From: Antedon mediterranea
Taxonomy: Eukaryota; Animalia; Echinodermata
DNA: 64,000 nt
Assembly (NCBI RefSeq): GCF_964355755.1
Contig: NC_092678.1
Location: 13,700,352 to 13,764,351, forward strand
Direction of reading: 5' to 3'
Part shown: positions 1-13,060 of the stretch, piece after piece
Numbering within the stretch: position 1 is the first letter of the stretch
How the letters are laid out: the number at the start of each line of letters is the position of its first letter
Notes under the pieces: generated by a model
What the model was told of the DNA's origin: nothing
Seen by the model: the letters and a program-made list of their open reading frames with translations, nothing else
The model's database searches: none
Program-made: the position numbers and the translations under genes

Positions 1-3000
1 TTTGACTCATTTGAAGCCATATCATATATCGTATATTTTATTCTTATCTTATATCTTATATTTTCTTTCTTTTTCTTTCTTCTATCCTTTCTTTGTATTT
101 TATTTTTTTGACTTGTTACCCAGCCCGATCGAACGCTTCTCAACCCGGTAAAATCCGCCAGGGGGGTATTCCGCCCCCCCCCCCTGCTCCCCCGCCTGTT
201 ACGCCACTGGGTCGAATAAACAACTATATTTAATCTGCTTCTTTGTTATCTGGAACAATATCGGATTATTTTCTGTACCACCGATCGCACCATCATTAAT
301 CACTCTGAAAACATTTTGTAAAATCATGAGCGCACAAGAAGCAGAGACAAAACACCCTTTTGCATATGCGTGAAACTCTGTGACGACACGCTTTAACGTG
401 ACGTCATTTTACTTTAGCTGCATGCGAAGAAGTAGTCACCATAGTGAATAGGCTAGGGGGGTTCGGCTAGGGGGGTTCGGCTAGGGCCTACAGTAGTAGG
501 ACTAGCCTACCCAGGGAGTTGTTAATTCTCATAGAATAGGCCTACCTAGGCCTATATGACATGGAATTCATAATGTAGTGAGTACTGAATTTGATTGATT
601 GATACTGTATGTGATGTACTGTATCTATGTGCCTACTGTATCTAGGCTTAGGCCTATACTCTTTCCAAATATAAAATAAAAGTTGGGTGTTTACTTCGGT
701 CGTCTTTTGAGAGGCTTGGAATACCCACAAAGACACCCTTTAACAACATAGCCTCATATATAGGCCTATTATTAATTGTTATTAAAAAGATGCTTAGTAT
801 TTATAAAATAATATATTATATTATATTTCACCAGGTAGGCCACAGAAAAAGTGTGTATGGTTTTATTTTAAGCCTAGCACTATTATAGTACTAGAGCAGT
901 AACCTGTGCTCCGTCTGCCTTAATATTTGGTTATACAGTACTAATACGCATGGGATTAGTAAGTACTGTATTAATATCCCTGATAAAAGTACGCTGACAA
1001 ACTATTGTATCAAGAATAAAATTCGGAACTATTTACAGTCATTGATTTTTTATTCCTTCACCTTGAAATGTCTGTAAATTTAAAAATGAAAGCAATACTG
1101 GGTGGAACTTCATTGTCTTACACACAGTAGGAATTTACAAAAATAAAAGACAATAAAGATAAATTGTGCTGTGTGAACATTAATCTAGGGTGCGCATTAG
1201 AAAGTGACAACGTGCATGTACATGTCGAATAGGAGGGTAAGAAGCAAATAAGAGGGACATGCATGTTCAACTCTATCAATCAGACAGCATGTTAATGTTA
1301 AAATATGAATTGCTAATTTATAGAATTAAGATATGAGGTATTGGAATAATAATAAAACTACAGCTGCTTACGGACTTGAAATCAACACACAAAAGTGCAT
1401 GATGGTTGTAGTCGAAATTAGATGATGCGCGCTGAAACTAAATAAAATACAGTATAAAATGTATTTGTGGTTTGATGTGTATGCAATGGGTCACCATAAA
1501 ATAAAAAAGTGGAATAGAAACTAAATTTCTGCCTAAATTATACAAATGACCTCATATTGCTCACAATTGATAATTTTAAATAATCTGTTTTCCATAATTG
1601 TGGTGTTTTTTTTGTGTAGTGATAATTTTTATTCATTTACATTTTTTTAAATTTTGATGGTTTTTGACATTTTGCATTTATTTTATTATTTACAAATTTC
1701 GCAAATTCGAACTCGACTGTACTAACTGAGTGAGTATTGATATCAATAGTCTTTACTCACTGAGCTAACCATGATTCACAAAATATTATAATTAAATGGA
1801 ATGTTCCATAAATTGTTAATTATAATTGTTGATAATTTCAAGTTGTTAGTCAGCAACTAGTTATAAGAAATAGATACATTTGTTATTACTGTAATTTGCC
1901 AGCATTTAATTTTTTTTTTTGCTGGACTTTTATATTTCAATGCTAAATTGAATTACAATTAAAGCCTAAGATAATTTGCCACACTAACCTGTTATTCAAC
2001 ATCTACTAATGACTTAGGTACTGTACACCCACTGCTTCACATTTTTCTTTCTTTTACCAGATTCCTATAATAATCCATCGGTCAAGTGTGGCTCACAATC
2101 AGCGAGACATGTGAACAAGACTGTTGTTTTCTCTCATTTTGTATATTGCCAACATAATACAAGCCATTGTTTTAGGATTATTTAACCCTACCCATCCATC
2201 CAATTACAAACCTTTCCATTATAATAAGTGCTTCTTTTTTTTAATGAAAGTACTGTACATTACCAAAGACTTCCAACTAGCTACTAAGCTAGTACTACAA
2301 ATAAACAGTGTGTTTTCAGATGAAAGAGTATGCCTCAACCAAAAACATTACTAACACTCCTTAGTAAATGAAATGGAATGAAGAGTCCCAACAAACGTTT
2401 CTTGGATTCATCAAGTGAAGATGAGAATGAGAAAAGCAACAACACTGTCTTGTTTTCAAACTCTTCCTACAGTATAAATTCATTGACAGTATAAATTTTG
2501 GCCATGTATTCCTAATTTGCTTGACTGATTGTTTTCTATAGGAACCAATGAGGAGAAAAAAAAGAAATATTTGTCATCCCATGAGGAATTTCAGAAAGCA
2601 GTTCTCAGGCACAGTGGTTTTTGCTAGGGGAAATTGACTGAGTAAGTTTATTGTAAAAATGTAATGTAAATACATTGTTCAAAACATTTTTTATTTTACA
2701 CAAACTTTTATTGTACAGCCTTAATTGTAAATCGATGATGATGTAGAGAGTGCATTTGTAATCTCCTTGTTTACTGTTGTAAAGATAGGCTAAAATAGAC
2801 ATACAGGTAGGTCATTTCAATTGCTAATTTGATCAACTAAGACAATTAATGTTGATGTTGTAATTGGTAAACATATTCACAAAGAATCAGCAGAAAGAAA
2901 ATATGATGTTAACAAGATTTGTATTTTTTTTAGATTTATTTTTAAAATGCATTTCATTATTCATATAATATATAATTCATATTTTTTTTTATTAAAAGAA

Positions 3001-5049
3001 AATTTTTAAATTTAAAAATGTGTTAATATTGGTATTTAAATTTTCTTATTTGTTCCAGCATTTGTTAAATTGTAAACATATATTTTATTGTATATTATAT
3101 TTGTTAAAAGTAAGGAAAACATAAAGCAGTGGGTGTACCTCAAAAGCCATTGACAGTATTGGCTAGTGATATTGTTGTACCTGATTGGTAATGGTAAATT
3201 TCTATTCCACCTTTTTTGTTTTACCATCTGCAAGCATTCTTGTGACAAAGAGGTATCATGTAATACTACTGTACAATTTTTGTGGCAGTCTTTCACTAGT
3301 ATAATTAATTAGTGTAGTCTTTTTTCATTTTGATTTAGAAAATATGTTATAGCCATCTATGGAGATCTTCTTTCTCAGACATTTCTATTTCCTTCCCAAG
3401 TAACGGGGGTGGATCTAGGATTTTGATAAATTGGGGGACGATGGGAAAATAATCATCTAGGGAGGGTTTTTCTAGATGCCCGGAGATAGCATCTGAGGCG
3501 TTTTTGCCAGTCGATTCTTGTCATATAATTATCTGAATATAGTGGGTTTTATAGACCATAGCCTATTAAATATACGAAACTGTTTTTTTTTTCTTTTTTG
3601 TGCCTAAAGCCTGTTTTCCTGTTGACGAAACGTTTCTACTAGTTGCGTTAAGTTGTGTCGAATGTTCAAATCATTAAAGTTGGAAAGAGCCGGACCAAGG
3701 TCGTTAATGGTTTCTTGGTTCTTTCGAGCGTTGCTGGGACAGATGGATGAACATCTCAAGGTAGTTTTCATTTGATATACATTTCTCTGTTTAAATGTCA
3801 CATTATAATGAGCATGAATTCATTTTGTTTTGTTTTTTGGTTTTCTCTACAACATTACAATATTCAGGAGCATGTTCATTGATTGTAAATCATGCTGATC
3901 ATAGTCAATATCAAATACAAATGCTATATTAAAATTCTGCTATGTAACTTGGTTGTAGGTGTAGTAATGTGTCATTGTATCTTGACACCGGAATCCTATT
4001 AATTGCCAAACTATGATTTGATATATTTTTGTTCTCTATTGATTGATGATATGGATATGAATCAGAAAATGTGGAGCTGAGCAGAGTTGATGAAAAGCTT
4101 CTCAAACAAATTGACAAACTGAATGAAGTGGTTGCTGTATGGAGTGTAATCGTAAGTTTCATGTTTAATATTTATATAATATTGAAACTAATAAATTCCA
4201 CCCATATTCTTGTAATTTATGTTTTAATATACTTCTATTTCATATTTATTATAAAAATTGGATATTACTGTCAGCAAATTACCTAATTCTGGGATTTGTC
4301 TGTTATTATAAATGTTGACTATTGTTGTGTACATATTCACATACATGTGTTTTTCTGTTTATTATTTTCTTGTACTGTAGATCTGCCAGATGTTTTACCT
4401 AAACTTAGCAATTGTTTAGCAGATGTGTCCACCAAACGATCGCCTGTGTTTTCCAGATCAATTGCGACAATCTCGGGCAAAAAGAAACCTAGGTAATTCA
4501 TCAAGTTCATTTTACGATTTATCCTCTGTTACAATAGGTGTTATTTTTTTATAATTTTACGCTTTGTTTATTTGTCCGGAATTACAATACATAGTGCAGT
4601 AAGATAGTTACACTGAGTTTAAGGTTAGGATAAAGTTATGTTAATGCCCTATGTAATGCTGGACGAATGAACACAGCCTTCATTTTATTAATTCATTCTT
4701 TTCTCAGTATAGAAGTAATCTAGGAGTTATTCCAGGTTTTAGTTGACTTTTATTAATACAACAAACTAAATATTATTGTGCTGTCAGTATTTCTTTAATT
4801 TATAGTGTGTTGCAATTTCCACTATCAAAGAGTTTCTTTAGCAATATCTTAATCATCATAATCTCATTTGTCCACTTATGGTGGCAGGCCTTCTTGTCCT
4901 CCACCCTTTTTTCGATCCCCATCTACAGTACTATACCTAGATCCACTTCTCTTCCATTATGCCTAATACAGTGTGTCCATCTCTTTCTCAGCCCCCTCTT
5001 GGTCTTCTACTCATTCCTACTCTTTCTGCTATCCATCCCATTATAGCAT

Positions 5050-5579
5050 TCTTCTCCCTCATCTGCATATATCCATAATATCAGAGCCTGCATTCTTGAA
5101 TGTTATCCCTCATTTGTCTAACGTATAGTTTCACTCTTTTGATAGCTCTCTTGCGTCTCATCTCAACAGCCTCCAGTTTCTTTATCTGACATCGAGTTTT
5201 CCACCCCATGCATGCCTACTGGTCTAGTCATGTAGTCTTATACCTGGCTCTAGCTTCCTTGATCTCGTCATATATCACTCCTCTAACATTCACTCACCTG
5301 TTCCTTGCAGTCTTCTTCTTCAGTTCTCTGTCCTTATGTAACCAGCTGCCTAGATACGTAACCTACTTTAGTTGATATATATATCTATGCCTGAAGACTC
5401 ACAGATTGCTGGCATGTTACACTTTTTTTCTTAGCCTTGCTCATACTTCCTATCAGTTATTGGGTTTCTAACTGTTCTTACAGCTCTTCACTTGCTTTCT
5501 CTTAGCGTACCTTGCAGCTAACATTGCTGCAGACATAGCTTGCTTATATCTTTCTTGTGCTTTACTGGCTGGAGTTCAA
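5050..5579 (-). mobile_element. Degraded RTE-type LINE fragment (RT C-terminal part), host site of the Maverick insertion
   Basis: Minus strand reads VTYLGSW followed by a decayed RTE-like segment with stops. The element continues on the other side of the Maverick. Confidence 0.5.
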
Positions 5580-6164
5580 AGTAGTATATCCCGTACAGTC
5601 CAATGAATAATTCATAAATTAATTAATGAATATTTATATATTAATTATGAGTGTAGTATTTATGAATAATTAGTATTTTAAAGGGTATTATTAATTAATA
5701 AATTAATTAATTATGAGGGGGTAGTTTTTAAGAATAATTAATATTTTAAAAGGTATTATTATGAATAAATGAATAAATGAATTAATTATGAAGAGTAGTT
5801 TTTATGAATATTAATATTTTAAAGGGTATTATTTATGAATAAATGAATTAATTAATTTGTTTAGCGATCTCAGTCCAATGTATAAGTAATGAGATGTTTT
5901 AATATTCATGAATATTAATATATTTTTATTAATATGAGGGGTGTTTTAATGAATAATCAGTAAATGAGTGATAGTTTTACGTATAATTTTCAAACGTAAT
6001 ACATGTATTACATAATGTTTAAATAAATATTTACATTTAAATATTAAAGACAATGTGCTTACCTTCATTGAGAAGTCTGATGTACAGTTTAATGAATAAA
6101 ATCCACAAGTTTATTCAGCTTTGATTACTGTTTTTTTATGTTTGTAAAGGAATCATAACATCAA
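5580..6164 (+). repeat. Left TIR of the Maverick
   Basis: Reverse complement of ~12103-12697 with few mismatches. Built from AT-rich ATGAATAATT-like units. Confidence 0.92.
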
Positions 6165-6464
6165 TTCGCTGTCTTTCCATGGAATTAGTTTACATGTGAG
6201 GCGTGGACAGGTCATTTTTTTGTAATTCTGTGATTTTAGCGGGTATGTGACGTCATCCGGCAATGAACCAATAAGATTCCTTATAAGCATAATGCTAATG
6301 AAATTAGAATTCGTTGTCCTTGTTGAGATATTCAAAGATATTAAAAGTTATTTAATTATTTTATTAGTTTTTATCCTTTTTTTTTTTCGTTTAGTTACAT
6401 AACCGCATTATATATATTATTATAAAGATGGTAATAAATAAATAAATAAATAAATAAAAATTAA

Positions 6465-6830
6465 AAATAATGTGCTTACCTTCATTGAGAAGTCTGATAT
6501 TATAGTATATTTTAATGAATAAAATCTACAAGTTTAATCAGCTTTGATTACTGCTTTTTTTTATGTTTGTATAAGAACAAAATCATAACATCAATCCGCT
6601 GTCTATTTTTTCAAATCCTGTGATTTTAGCGGGTATGTGACGTCATCAGGCAATGAACCAATAAGATTCCTTATAAACATAGCGCTAATGAATTAATCTA
6701 CCAATCATAATTCGTTGTTTTTGTAAGCGTAGCGATCTCAGTCCAATGAATAATGAATGAGATGTTTTAATATTCGTGAATATTAATATATTTTTATTAA
6801 TATGAGAGTGTTTTAATGAATACTTAGTAA
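6465..6830 (+). repeat. Rearranged subterminal duplication of left-end Maverick sequence
   Basis: 6465-6720 repeats ~6050-6320 (aatgtgcttaccttcattgagaagtctgat, gggtatgtgacgtcatc). 6730-6830 repeats ~5862-5965. Confidence 0.8.
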
Positions 6831-7014
6831 TTGCGTTGGTATTTATTCTATGAATTATTGAATTAAGTATGATATATGTAATTTATTTTATTCTTAACAC
6901 GGTACCTGATTTACTATATATATACAGATTGTTAATTTGAAAACAGTACAGTTTTCCTGCTTTAGACTTCAAATTGTATGACGCGTTTAATGGCGATTCA
7001 ACCCCCCACCTCCA

Positions 7015-7521
7015 ATGAACGTTGATTTCAATAATGTATCTAATACTGAAGAAGACGAACATTATAGATCGAGAATAATTTCTGAAGAGGAGAGGATTTT
7101 ATACGACAACACGTCATCGGTAGTTGACTACCACCTATTTCTGGCAAGAAAAGCCGATGTAGAAGATGAGGTGTTTGCAGAAGAGTACCTGAACCCTGTG
7201 CTGGAGGCGGAGATTAAGAAAGAAACTACCGAACTTGAGTACAAAGAAATAATGAGAACAATTGAGAAGGTTTTCAAAGAAGAATTTATATTCATTCTGA
7301 AGGACATGGTTGAACGTTATAACTTTCACGGCTCAAGATATGAACAACTCCTAACATTTTTTCGACCAATTCTGGCATTGAAACTTGTGGACAATAGCGC
7401 TTTTGAATGGGCGCTAAACTACTTTCATTTACGTTGTATCAATGTTGATGCGTTCGATAAAGCCATAAAGTTGATTACAAATGATTCAGAACTTTTTAAT
7501 AAGATTCTTTACCAATTGTAA
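7015..7521 (+). CDS. Intronless 168-aa acidic, helical orphan protein inside the Maverick
   Basis: Clean ATG-to-stop ORF with protein-like composition in very AT-rich DNA. TATATATA lies ~100 bp upstream. No family recognised. Confidence 0.7.
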   Translation: MNVDFNNVSNTEEDEHYRSRIISEEERILYDNTSSVVDYHLFLARKADVEDEVFAEEYLNPVLEAEIKKETTELEYKEIMRTIEKVFKEEFIFILKDMVERYNFHGSRYEQLLTFFRPILALKLVDNSAFEWALNYFHLRCINVDAFDKAIKLITNDSELFNKILYQL

Positions 7522-7775
7522 TTTGTACAAATTTAAAATAATATCTTAACACTTTTTTAATTAATGTTACATAATTTTATAATTCTTATTTCTTTTCGGT
7601 AAATTTATTATTATTATGGTTATAAATTATATTGAAATAGAATGTGTGTTAAAATAAAGGTTATGTTTTTTTCTTTTAAAAGCAACAACAACGAAAATGA
7701 AATTTGATCTTTGCGTGTTATTAAGTATTTGATTTATTTTTTTAATTTTCATTTGGGTGAATGAGGGTAATGAAT

Positions 7776-8000
7776 ATGAATGAGTACTTAAGAAAAGTAT
7801 ATTAAGATCCTAAGCATCCTGATAGTTTTGGTGGTGTGGACCGACTTAATCAAAATGTAAAAGACGATTTAAATATTACCAAGAGACAAGTTCAAGACTG
7901 ACTGAACAAGCAATACATTACACACATCCATTCAACGTAAATTCAAACAAAACTGGGTACTTGTAAGTGCTATTGATGAACAATGGGGAATGGATTTGGA
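7776..8000 (+). pseudogene. Polinton-type integrase, N-terminal remnant
   Basis: MNEYLRKVY*DPKHPDSFGGVDRL...ITKRQVQD*LNKQ...RKF...VLVSAIDEQWGMDL matches the YYxPxxPGSFGG...WLxxQ...IDxQWxxDL pattern of Maverick integrases. Two stops, frameshifts, truncated at the first catalytic Asp. Confidence 0.85.
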
Positions 8001-9332
8001 AAAATAACGTGTATAAAATTTGATTCAGACAAACTGTTTGCAAAATCAAAGGTTTGACTCTAGATTTCCAAAAATCAAAGGAAGTCAATTTTGAAATAGT
8101 TGGTAGCATGGTACGAGGAATCGGACTGGAAAAAATAACAACAACTAATCCTAACAAAATAAACCGTAAACCAAAATCTCACTTAATATTTATTTTTTAT
8201 AAATTTGTAAAAGTAGTTACCCTATTTTAATTCATGGTAAATTAATTTTTCGAATTAATTTAATTTGTTTTATTTTCTGTTGAATTTTTATTATTATTAT
8301 GTTTGTGTATTGCAATAGATTTGTTTAATTAATAAATTAATTATGTTTTGACTTAATTTATGTCCGTGTAAATTTGTAAAAGTAGTTTTCCTATTTTAAT
8401 TAATGATAAGTTTATTTCTTGACTTTACTTAATTTTTTCTTTTCTGTTAAAGTAGAATGTGTATTGAAATACATTTTGTTTTTAACATCAACAACAAAAA
8501 ATGAAATTTTATCTTTGCGTGTTGTTTAATTCGTGTATGATGTTTTTCTAATTTATTTATACAAAAAAACAAACAAAAAAAAAGTTTTTGAATATGTTAA
8601 ATGTAATTGCAAACATACATAATAATGATTGCGATTAAAAATTATATTTTGTAAAGTGTATTACAATAGAATGTGTATTGAAATACATTTTGTTTTTAAC
8701 ATCAACAACAAAAATGAAATTTGATCTTTGCGTGTTGTTTAACTCGTGTATGAAGTTTTTAAATTTGTTAAATGTAATTGCAAACATACATATTAAATGA
8801 TTGTGATTAAAAATATTCTGTTTACTTTTTATTTTTTATTTTAAACAGTAGTATTTTTAACAGTAGTTATATTTTATATATAGGTAATATTACAAAAATA
8901 AACATACAAAATGTATAAAGCATAGACTTATTAAATTTAAATACAATTTCTTTATTTCAAAATGAATTTCATTTTATACGTGTTTTCAATTTTAAATCTT
9001 TTAAGAAAGACACAATACGTACTGATATAAAAACGCACACAAAGGGAAACAAATTTGAGACGCACGGTTTGTAACGACACTTTCAATAAGAAGGAATATT
9101 ATAAATGTATTTTTACCAAATTTATAAAGTAAATGCTTATTATTGAGAAATATACATTTTAGATAAATGATAACACATCTAAAATTAATTAGAGAGATCA
9201 ATACAATATGGTGTTTATAATAATTTGTTTTGATGACTAGAGGAAACATCTGAAGACATTCAACGAAAAACAAGCGTTAACACCATACCAGTCACTAAAA
9301 ATGCCACTGCTTTGAAAAAAACATCTCCCTTC

Positions 9333-9824
9333 CTACACAGAGACAAATTCTGAACGAAAATAACAAATAAAAATAATTAGTAAACAAAACACGCGCATTA
9401 TAAATAAAATGAATAATTTAAGAATATTTGTTAAACTACCCACGAACAAAAAACGAAACATACTAACCGACTCATCTTCATTACGAAGTTCAAATAACGA
9501 AAACTTTTCCTTGAAAAATCCACAGGAGACACGTTTTACATTTTCTAACTGCAATTCTGTGTCACATTGTGTCGCAACACATGTACATACAACGAGTCCT
9601 GTCACAAGTCTGCCGACGTTTATTTTTCTATCGCTCATCATTTGTTCTAATACATAATACAGCGCTTCCAAAGAAATATCTTTACACAATTCTAACACAT
9701 TAAAATTGTTTTCCAACTCTTTACAAGCATGAATAGTACTCTGGAGGATGGGTGAATCCAAAACAACTAACCCCGTCATTTTATATTCAATGTATGCTAA
9801 AACTACTTCCTCTAAATCAACCAT
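9333..9824 (-). CDS. Intronless Bcl-2-family protein with C-terminal membrane anchor (Maverick cargo)
   Basis: BH4-like LEEVVLAYIEYKM, BH3-like IHACKELENNF, BH1-like VLEQMMSDRKINVGRLVT (canonical NWGR is NVGR), degenerate BH2 and a hydrophobic tail. First ATG at 9824 (the ORF track starts at TTG 9836). Confidence 0.8.
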   Translation of the reverse strand: MVDLEEVVLAYIEYKMTGLVVLDSPILQSTIHACKELENNFNVLELCKDISLEALYYVLEQMMSDRKINVGRLVTGLVVCTCVATQCDTELQLENVKRVSCGFFKEKFSLFELRNEDESVSMFRFLFVGSLTNILKLFILFIMRVFCLLIIFICYFRSEFVSV

Positions 9825-10809
9825 AACGCTCGACAAAACAAATGATAATGGATGTAATTACCAAGAAAGTTACAACTTAAAACCTTTATTTTTGTTTTTA
9901 AAAAGAAGTTGTAACATAGAAACTAATTTTGTCAGGAAATGTGTTTTTATTATTTATGTGATTTATTTGTGTTTAGAAAGTTACAACATTAACATTTAAT
10001 TTGGTAAAAAAAATGTGAATATACGGAGCCGATTGTAATTTTTAATCCTTAGTATAGTGAGAGATTTTATAAACAAAAAAAGAGCGAACGGAAATTAATG
10101 ATTGCAGATTAGACATTATAGAAATGGATTGAAATTGAAAATCTACATGATCAAAGAAAAGAAACCCATTGTTCCGACAGAAGCTAATGACATTTACAAA
10201 GGATGACACACTTTGAATAGAATAAATACCGTATAACATAATTAAATTTTGTCAAGATAGTTGTCAAAAATAAATAAAATATATTATACTGAATTTACTT
10301 TGTACATTTATTTAATTTAGGCCGTAATTAGGTTTGTTGTTCATTTATGGTTGTGACAAAAAAAAAAATACATACTAATAAAACAGCTATAGGCCTATAA
10401 AAAAAGTAAAAAAAAAAAATAAATAATGATTCAGTGTTATAATTTTATTTACCTGTCATTATTTACCTTGATTTACCTTGACCTTTAGACTATAAACCTG
10501 TTAAGGTTTGTAAGTCCCTCTTTGAACATCTTGGTTATATGGCTCAAACTTTAGGTTGTGGGTTTTCCAGTGTGTTTCAAGATGGGTTTTAAAATTATTT
10601 ATAGAGGATGCATTTACTATATGATATGGCAAACTATTCCAATCATTTAGTGCAGATATTGAAAAGAATTTCTGTCTGTGTTTCGATTTACTATGAACTT
10701 TTTTAATTTTAAAATTGTGGCCTCTAGTTACAGTAGATGGTGCTAATTCAAAAAATTAATCAAACATATTTAAATTTAATTTATGTCATGTTATATATAT
10801 TTTTCAAGG

Positions 10810-11440
10810 ACATTGGTTACATACAAATAATTTTGTAAAGAAATTTGTTACATAAGATAAATTTGTTAAGAAGTTTGTTTCATAAAAATATTTGTGAAGA
10901 TAAATTTGTTACATAAAAATAATTTTGTAAAGAAATTTGTTACATAAATTTATTTTTTACAAGAAGTTTGTAACAGAAAATTATTTTGCAAAGAATTAGT
11001 TGCATCAATTGATTTTATCAAACGTATGTAACATAAAAAAATTATTTTCAGTCCATTTGCTCAGTAGTTTGTTTAAGTTGTTAAGTTTTGTTTGTGTAAT
11101 ATTCTTGTAAATAAAAGAATTTACTTTTAACCTTTGTAATTATTTTGTAAATATCATTTATGCATTTTTTTTTTTTTGTAAATAATTGAATTTATTTATA
11201 CTTTTTTGTATGGGAATCAATATTTGTTTATAAATCTAATTGATTGTGATTATAGATTTCTTCTTTATTTAGTATGTCGATTAATTTCAGATACAGAAAC
11301 ATGTTACACAAGAAACAAAAATTTTCATGAAATTCGTTACATAAAAAATAATTTATCAAGAATCTTTTTTTACATAAATTTAAATTTATCATTAATTTTG
11401 TTATAAAATTTATTTTGTCATTAAATTTTGTTACATAAAA
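10810..11440. repeat. Degenerate ~30-bp minisatellite inside the Maverick
   Basis: Recurrent aaagaaatttgttacataaaaataattttg-like units. Confidence 0.7.
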
Positions 11441-12102
11441 AATAGTTGTTTCATGATTCTTGTTCCTTTTGTTCAGTACTTATATGAAAATTCATGTTAA
11501 GAACGCAATGACAATGACTGGATGTTTAGCGTGATTAGCGGACCGCTTTCCTTCGGTAAATAGGTATTTGTTAACACTCTTTTAGAGAATAATTACTTTG
11601 ACAAGTCGTTTGATGATATGACATAGTGTTATGGCGAATATCAAACTTAGTTTACGGAACTAATTACTGCAACATCTGACATAAGTTATAAGAAGGGTAT
11701 ACTTATACATTGGATGTTATCGATGTTAGTAAATAACACAATGGTGAATAACTAGATGTTTACACCTTCACTGCTATAATTACAGTTAGAATGTCATAAA
11801 GGGTAAATCGGTATTCTTTAAAGAATTAGGCCTATAAAACAATTAAATTGTCGAGTTGCTTGACGTTAGAGAAGTAAATGTTGTTTGTGTTTACATGTGT
11901 GTCATAGTAGAGAATGAATTATAAAACCATTACATTGTCGAGTTTCTTGACGTTAGAGAAGTAAATGCTGTTTGTGTTTACATGCGTGTCATAGTAGAGT
12001 TTTGTGTTTACATGCGTGTCATAGTAGAGTTTGTAATTACATTTTTTTTTCAACAACTATCGACAACATATAATACATTTATATTGAAAATATATATTTT
12101 TT

Positions 12103-12697
12103 TTGATGTTATGATTCCTTATACAAACATAAAAAACAGTAATCAAAGCTGATTAAACTTGTGGATTTTATTCATTAAACTGTACATCAGACTTCTCAAT
12201 GAAGGTAAGCACATTGTCTTTAATATTTAAATGTCAATATTTATTTAAACATTATGTAATACATGTATTACGTTTGAAAATTATACGTAAAACTATCACT
12301 CATTTACTAATTATTCATTAAAACACCCCTCATATTAATAAAAATATATTGATATTCATGAATATTAAAACATCTCATTACTTATACATTGGACTGAGAT
12401 CGCTAAACAAATTAATTAATTCATTTATTCATAAATAATACCCTTTAAAATATTAATATTCATAAAAACTACTCTTCATAATTAATTCATTTATTCATTT
12501 ATTCATAATAATACTTTTTAAAATATTAATTATTCTTAAAAACTACCCCTCATAATTAATTAATTAATTTATTTATTAATAAATAATACCCTTTAAAATA
12601 TTAATTATTCATAAATACTACACTCATAATTAATATATTAATATTCATTAATTAATTTATGAATTTTTCATTGGACTGTACGGGATATTATACTACT
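12103..12697 (-). repeat. Right TIR of the Maverick
   Basis: Inverted copy of 5580-6164. Confidence 0.92.
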
Positions 12698-12703
12698 GTT
12701 CAA

Positions 12704-13060
12704 GTTATCTTCTAGTCTATTACTTCCACTTCAGCCTCCTATATTTCCTTCGTCTACCACCACTTATCGGTGTTCCCTCTCTTTTCCTAACTGCTGCCTC
12801 TATTATAGTCATTCTGTACTGGTTCTATTTGGTCTCTGCCATTATCTTCCCTATGGGATGGAATTGGCCCTGGTGTCTTCGTTGGCACATCTCAGTTTAT
12901 AATACAAGACCTTAGCCATAACCTCATTAAAGGCATATCAATGTGTGTCTGCTGTCCACCACTTCTATAGGTGTGTATAGCTTTATAGTCTTGCTTCTTA
13001 TGCCATGTGTTGGCAATCTTCTATTTAAGGTACACACATAGCAGCTGCAGACCTTCCTTG
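12704..13060 (-). mobile_element. RTE-type LINE fragment (APE endonuclease end)
   Basis: Minus strand reads KIANTWHKKQDYKAIHTYRSGGQQTHID, matching the IxNTxF...TYxSG...IDY motif of RTE endonucleases. Confidence 0.65.

Larger units (their letters stand above)
5580..12697. mobile_element. Non-autonomous Maverick/Polinton derivative, 7,118 bp
   Basis: Termini AGTAGT (5580) and ACTACT (12692-12697). Near-identical TIRs at ~5580-6164 and ~12103-12697. 6-bp TSD GTTCAA at 5574-5579 and 12698-12703. Internal Polinton integrase remnant. Confidence 0.92.

Noticed and set aside
2060-4492. Possible plus-strand host exons (for example ~4060-4151 and 4381-4492) downstream of a CRE-containing CpG patch near 400
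   Set aside because: Splice signals look plausible, but the phases of adjacent candidates do not join and no product is recognisable.
9001-9273. 90-aa ORF downstream of the Bcl-2-like gene
   Set aside because: Non-ATG start and AT-driven composition; probably UTR.
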